A stretch of 40,905 bases of DNA from assembly GCA_964616635.1 (NCBI GenBank), contig CAZTTL010000001.1:1-40905 (forward strand), in the 5' to 3' direction. The position numbers and the translations under genes are program-made. The notes beneath the pieces were generated by a model. That model was not told where the DNA came from. It was given only the letters and a program-made list of their open reading frames with translations, and did not search any database. Below, piece after piece: positions 36,161-40,905 of the stretch. This DNA comes from an uncultured Rhodoplanes sp. Its GTDB lineage: Bacteria; Pseudomonadota; Alphaproteobacteria; Rhizobiales; Xanthobacteraceae. The first letter of the stretch is position 1, and every line of letters begins with the position of its first letter.

Positions 36161-36445
36161 GGACCAATCTCACCGCGCTTGCCGTGGCAGAACCCGTATG
36201 CGGAACGGCTGATTGGAACGCTGCCGCGCGACTGCCTGGATCACGTTCTCATCTTCGGGGTCCGGCATCTGCGGCGGGTTCTGGCCGCGTATTCCGCCTA
36301 CTACGATCAGACGCGTACGCACCTGTCCTTCGACAAGGATGCTCCGCTCGGCCGAACGATCCAGCGGCATGGAGCCATCATCACTGTGCCGATTTTGTCA
36401 GGATTGCATCATTGCTACGCGCGGATATAATTTTCGGGAGGGACA
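36161..36445 (+). pseudogene. Second integrase-core transposase remnant (3' part) with right end
   Basis: PISPRLPWQNPYAERLIGTL..DCLDHV...YYDQTRTHLS.DKDAP...LSGLHHCYARI*, then TTTTCGGGAGGGACA ending at 36445. Confidence 0.85.
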
Positions 36446-36455
36446 GGAGCTTCCA

Positions 36456-36704
36456 ATGAAGGTGAACATCGAGATCGAATGCACGCCAATTGAGGCCAGG
36501 CAATTCTTTGGCTTACCCAACGTTGAGCCGATGCAAGCTACAGTTATGCAGCAGCTTGAGAAACGGATACTCGCGGATATCGATCGCTTTTCGCCCGAAG
36601 CCTTGATGACAGGCTGGCTACCTCTGGTCCCTCAAAGCGCCGATCAGATTCAGGCTTTCTTTCGAGGCATTTTCCCATCAACCTCAGGGCCACCGAAAGA
36701 ATAG
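36456..36704 (+). CDS. DUF6489 family protein
   Basis: MKVNIEIECTPIEARQFFGLPNVEPMQ N-terminus typical of this alphaproteobacterial family. AGGAG RBS immediately after the IS end. Confidence 0.8.
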   Translation: MKVNIEIECTPIEARQFFGLPNVEPMQATVMQQLEKRILADIDRFSPEALMTGWLPLVPQSADQIQAFFRGIFPSTSGPPKE

Positions 36705-37263
36705 ATCGGTAAGGTAGAGCAGATCGGCTTGCGCTGGCATTTGCGCACATGCCGACGTCGAAGCGCTCTGATTTGCCGAATGGAATAACGTCACTCCGTC
36801 GCCCTTTCGCCGGGCAATTTCGAACGACGCTTGACCCCAGCGGTCTTTGAGGCCGCGCTCCTGGCGTTAATGCGAGCGGGTGGCCCCATACCCATGTCCG
36901 GAGGCCCAGTCCAAAATCAGCTGTTGTCGTTCCGTTCCATTGCCGCCGGACGTGGAGCCGCCCTTCAAGACATCATGGGTGTTTTCGCGGGACCGGCAGG
37001 AGGCCTTAAGCACGACTATTCGGACGCCCATCAATCTGGACACTGGGGGTACGCCCAAGGCGTGCTCCACAGCGGATCGGCGAGCCCGACGATATCGGCC
37101 CCGCCGCGTTTTGGTTGAGTTCGACTCCTCCGAGCCTATCAATGGCATTTGCCTTTACGTCGATGTGGCAGGACTATGTATCCGGACTTCGGGGAGGGTG
37201 GGGCCGCAAACGCGACGTGGCGACATTCAGAAAAATCGATCGGTATAGACAGGACCAGAAATC

Positions 37264-39915
37264 ATGGGGAGGGCGGAACGCAAGGACATGACAGCGGAAC
37301 ATCGGCGGCTCGCGGAAGCCAACAGCGGCAAGGCCAGATGGCGACGTTGGGGACCCTATCTGAGTGAACGCCAGTGGGGAACTGTGCGCGAGGATTACAG
37401 TTACGATGGCAACGCCTGGTCCAATCTTACCCACGAGGAAGCCAGGAGCCGTGCTTATCGGTGGGGCGAAGACGGTATTGCCGGCTTCAGCGACGATCAG
37501 CAGCGGCTGTGCCTCGCGCTTGCGTTATGGAACGAACGCGATCCGTACCTAAAGGAACGGCTTTTCGGTCTTACTGGCCCCGCGGGGAATCACGGTGAGG
37601 ACGTGAAAGAATATTACTATTACCTCGACGCGACGCCGACACATGCTTACCTCAAAATGCTCTACAAATACCCGCAAGGGGAATATCCATACACTGAGCT
37701 GCGCGAGCGCAACCCCGCATGGGCGAAGCATTCTCCGGAATTTGAGCTAATCGACACCGGCTTGTTCGATGAGGATCGGTACTTCGATGTCTTCGTCGAA
37801 TACGCCCGACCCTCGCCGGACGACATCGTCATGGTCGTTACGGCGTATAATCGAGGCCCAGACGCAGCGCCCTTGCATGTGTTGCCGACGCTCTGGTTCC
37901 GCAACACCTGGTCATGGAAGAACGATGCGCCAAAGCCGACGATCACCAAGCTGGATGGCGCTGGTTTTGAGGCGAAGCACGGCAAGCTGGGAACGCTCAG
38001 GCTGTATTGCGAGGGCAGTCCCACACTGCTTTTCTGCGAGAACGAGACGAACTTCCACAAGTTATACGGCGTCGGCGAACCAGGCGGCTATTTCAAAGAC
38101 GGAATTGGGTCTTGCATCGTCAATGGCGACGCATCCGCGGTGAATCCTGAGGGCGTAGGCTCCAAGGCGGCGGCGCATTATCGCGCCGACGTTCCCGCGG
38201 GTGGCGCAGCGACGTTCCGGCTGCGCCTGACCGACCGTGAATTGTCCAATCCGTTTGATGATGCCGATGCAGTTCTGGCGCAGGCTCGGCAGGATGCCGA
38301 TGATTATTATGCCGACCTGCAGCGGGATCTCGCCGACGCCGATGCTCGTCGGGTCCAACGCCAAGCGTTGGCGGGTATGATTTGGACCAAGCAATTCTAT
38401 TACTTCGATGTCCCCGAATGGCTGAGCGGCGATCCGACCCAACTAGCGCCGCCGCCTGAAAGGCAGCACGGTCGCAATGCGGACTGGAACCACGTTAACA
38501 CAGCCGACGTCCTTTCTATGCCGGACAAGTGGGAGTATCCGTGGTTCGCCGCCTGGGACTTAGCATTCCACTGCCTGCCGCTAACGCTTATTGATCCGGA
38601 GTTTGCCAAGGGTCAGCTCGTGCTACTGACACGCGAGTGGTACAGCCACCCGAATGGTCAGTTGCCCGCCTATGAGTGGAATTTCGGCGACGTCAACCCG
38701 CCGGTTCACGCCTGGGCCACTTGGCGCGTCTTCGAGATCGACCGCAAACGGCGGGGCGACGGCGGCGATATCCGTTTTCTGGAACGCGTGTTCCACAAGC
38801 TCCTGCTCAACTTCACTTGGTGGGTCAATCGCAAGGATGTGGAAGGCCGGAACATTTTCCAAGGCGGCTTTCTCGGCCTCGACAATATCGGCGTGTTCGA
38901 TCGATCGCGGCCATTGCCTACCGGGGGGTATATCAATCAGGCCGACGGCACCTCCTGGATGGCGATGTACTGTCTTAACATGATGCGGATCGCCTTGGAG
39001 CTCGCTTGCCATAACGACGTCTACGAGGACATAGCGACGAAGTTTTTTGAGCACTTTCTTCACATCGCTGAGGCTATGACCGATTTTCAGGGCTGCGGCA
39101 CCGGCCTGTGGGACGACGAGGATAAGTTTTACTACGACATGCTGCGCACTGAAGGCGGCGCCTACCGAATGCGCCTTCGCTCGATGGTCGGATTGATCCC
39201 GTTGTTTGCGGTCGAGGTGCTAGAGCCCGATTTGCTGGCAAAATTGCCGGGTTTCCATCGGCGGCTTAAATGGTTCCTCAACTACCGACCCGATCTGGCG
39301 GCGCTGGTCTCACGGTGGGAAGAGCCCGGCGCCGGCCAACGACGATTGTTATCGTTGCTGCGCGGCCATCGCATGAAGCGGTTGCTCGCGCGCGTCCTGG
39401 ATGAAGGCGAGTTCCTTTCCGACTACGGCGTGCGCGCCCTTTCGAAAGTCCACGGGGATAGCCCTTTCCGTTTCGACTTCGGTGGCGAGCAACACGTCGT
39501 TACCTATCTGCCAGGCGAATCAGACAGTTACATGTTCGGCGGCAACTCCAATTGGCGTGGACCAATCTGGATGCCGGTGAACTTCCTGCTCATCGAGTCC
39601 ATGCAGCGGTTTCATCACTACTATGGCGATGAGTTCAAAATCGAGTGCCCGACCGGCTCTGGACGCAACGTCACCATTTTGGAGGCGTCCGAAGATCTGA
39701 CTCGTCGGCTAATGCGCATCTTCATGCGGGACGCGGATGGCAGGCGCGCGGTGTTTGGCGACGTCGAGAAGTTTCAAACCGACCCACATTTTCGTGACTG
39801 CTTGCTGTTCTATGAATATTTCCATGGCGAAACGGGCCGGGGTGTCGGTGCCTCGCATCAGACTGGTTGGACAGGGCTTATCGCCAAATTAATACAGCCA
39901 CGGCAAAGGTCCTGA
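37264..39915 (+). CDS. GH63 / MGH1-like glycoside hydrolase (glucosidase)
   Basis: [91 protein letters not shown]. Confidence 0.92.
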   Translation: MGRAERKDMTAEHRRLAEANSGKARWRRWGPYLSERQWGTVREDYSYDGNAWSNLTHEEARSRAYRWGEDGIAGFSDDQQRLCLALALWNERDPYLKERLFGLTGPAGNHGEDVKEYYYYLDATPTHAYLKMLYKYPQGEYPYTELRERNPAWAKHSPEFELIDTGLFDEDRYFDVFVEYARPSPDDIVMVVTAYNRGPDAAPLHVLPTLWFRNTWSWKNDAPKPTITKLDGAGFEAKHGKLGTLRLYCEGSPTLLFCENETNFHKLYGVGEPGGYFKDGIGSCIVNGDASAVNPEGVGSKAAAHYRADVPAGGAATFRLRLTDRELSNPFDDADAVLAQARQDADDYYADLQRDLADADARRVQRQALAGMIWTKQFYYFDVPEWLSGDPTQLAPPPERQHGRNADWNHVNTADVLSMPDKWEYPWFAAWDLAFHCLPLTLIDPEFAKGQLVLLTREWYSHPNGQLPAYEWNFGDVNPPVHAWATWRVFEIDRKRRGDGGDIRFLERVFHKLLLNFTWWVNRKDVEGRNIFQGGFLGLDNIGVFDRSRPLPTGGYINQADGTSWMAMYCLNMMRIALELACHNDVYEDIATKFFEHFLHIAEAMTDFQGCGTGLWDDEDKFYYDMLRTEGGAYRMRLRSMVGLIPLFAVEVLEPDLLAKLPGFHRRLKWFLNYRPDLAALVSRWEEPGAGQRRLLSLLRGHRMKRLLARVLDEGEFLSDYGVRALSKVHGDSPFRFDFGGEQHVVTYLPGESDSYMFGGNSNWRGPIWMPVNFLLIESMQRFHHYYGDEFKIECPTGSGRNVTILEASEDLTRRLMRIFMRDADGRRAVFGDVEKFQTDPHFRDCLLFYEYFHGETGRGVGASHQTGWTGLIAKLIQPRQRS

Positions 39916-40009
39916 CACCTATCACCGCCGGCTTCCCGTCTGCCGGGACCATTTCTATGCGGTAGGTTGCGAACAGAGCGCCCAGTGATCGAGATCGGTG
40001 CCAGTCGCG

Positions 40010-40281
40010 TATGCACCGAGGGGTTGTATCCACCACTCAGATCGAGGTTCGCAATACGCCTGTGAGGCTTGCCGTAGGCTGCTCGCCGACAACGGGCTGG
40101 TCGGCTGGATGGGCCGGCGGGAAAACCCCTACAACAACGCCAAGGCTGAGAGCTTCATGAAAACGCTGAAGGTCGAAGCCGTCTACCCGATGGACTACGA
40201 AACCTTCGAGGATATCACCGCCGATCTTCCCCGCTTCATCGACGAGGTCTACAAAGCACGGAGGCTACATCCGCGCTCGGC
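40010..40281 (+). pseudogene. IS3-family transposase internal fragment
   Basis: [11 protein letters not shown]...[23 protein letters not shown]...FIDEVY..RRLH, followed by a frameshifted SALG. Both ends are missing. Confidence 0.88.
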
Positions 40282-40470
40282 CATGGGAGAACGCCGATTG
40301 GTTGACGCGAGGCGCAGCTCCCGGCCGGTCATCGTCGAGACGGGCGGGCCTCCAACCGGCAAGAACCTCGCCCAAGCGAGGCATCGACAATTTTGATCTG
40401 CCTCAAAGCACTCGATCTGATCGGCGATCAGAAATTTTCGCTCCGGGTCTCGTTCCAAGGACATGGGATT

Positions 40471-40704
40471 ATGCGGAAGACCGTGATTATTTTGGCTGTC
40501 TGCGCCTTTTCGTCGGCCTATGCCTTAAATGGCACGACGCAGGACAATCGCACTTTGCAACGTGGCGCGGTGACGCACAACTCGTTGCAGAGAAGCGCTG
40601 ACATGAAAAAGTGTATTACGAAGGTCATTAGAAAGTGCGTGGCAAAAATCAAAGGCAGACTTGAGTGCAGAACGCAGACAGTCTGCATCGCAGTTCGCGG
40701 TTAA
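40471..40704 (+). CDS. Small secreted protein with cationic 4-Cys C-terminus (77 aa)
   Basis: MRKTVIILAVCAFSSAYA signal peptide (AxA site); C-terminal KKCITKVIRKCVAKIKGRLECRTQTVCIAVRG. Confidence 0.6.
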   Translation: MRKTVIILAVCAFSSAYALNGTTQDNRTLQRGAVTHNSLQRSADMKKCITKVIRKCVAKIKGRLECRTQTVCIAVRG

Positions 40705-40749
40705 GATAAAGAGGGCTGTGATCGGCACTCAGAGCAGAATTGGCCAGCG

Positions 40750-40854
40750 CTAGAGCGTTTTCAGGCGAAGTGGACACCGGTTCGCCGCAGAAAATGCGAC
40801 CACGAAAAAAGAACAGAGCGAATTCTGTTTCTATGAAAACTGAATTCGCTCTAG
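40750..40854. repeat. RIME/MITE-like rhizobial intergenic palindromic element
   Basis: Bounded by CTAGAGCG...CGCTCTAG inverted ends. Contains the TTTTCAGGCGAAGTGGACACCGGTTCGCC module and an AGAGCGAATTC/GAATTCGCTCT hairpin. Confidence 0.75.
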
Positions 40855-40905
40855 TGGCTTCTGAGCCCCGCCCGATACCACCGCAGGAGAGTCGACGACA
40901 CGACT

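Noticed and set aside
36213-36455. N-terminal extension of the 163-aa ORF
   Set aside because: It is an alternative frame of the IS remnant; the real gene starts at 36456.
36750-37260. ORFs 36831-37118 and 36880-37248
   Set aside because: No recognisable motifs or clear RBS. Possibly a decayed gene, but not supportable from the sequence.
1-40905. CRISPR array, tRNA or rRNA genes
   Set aside because: No regularly spaced repeats or recognisable structural RNA genes were seen by eye.

Overview
A GC-rich accessory region, probably from an alphaproteobacterium of the Hyphomicrobiales (inferred from the DUF6489 gene, the CTAG-flanked intergenic repeat and a FixK/FNR-like box). Decayed IS3-family fragments lie near both ends. 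There are four modules. (1) 397-10912: a minus-strand isoprenoid-lipid cassette (YdjM-like membrane hydrolase, CrtE-like GGPP synthase, geranylgeranyl reductase, DGGGP-synthase-like UbiA prenyltransferase), divergent from an MlaC-like lipid carrier and two MacB/LolCDE-type ABC systems. (2) 11175-14810: a 2TM/RCK/RyR-domain protein and a polytopic membrane protein with a TIR-like C-terminus. (3) 15071-29577: a tightly packed 11-gene minus-strand operon of unknown product (AGE-family barrel, double DJ-1/PfpI fusion, benzoylformate-decarboxylase-like ThDP enzyme, alpha/beta hydrolase, GMC oxidoreductase, double EthD, two Nif11-like paralogues sharing an FDx4LWx2MWG motif, second GMC, MetX-like hydrolase, GH13 glucan enzyme). 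(4) 30181-35640: a divergent TIR + TPR-S protein, a DUF4062-PAS-methyltransferase, a LuxI/FeeM-like acyltransferase and a convergent paralogous methyltransferase. After these come back-to-back integrase remnants, DUF6489, a GH63 glucosidase, a small secreted 4-Cys cationic peptide and a RIME-like repeat. The best candidates for undescribed systems are module 3, bracketed by TIR/RyR signalling genes, and module 1. All family calls come from motif recognition by eye; no database searches were run.
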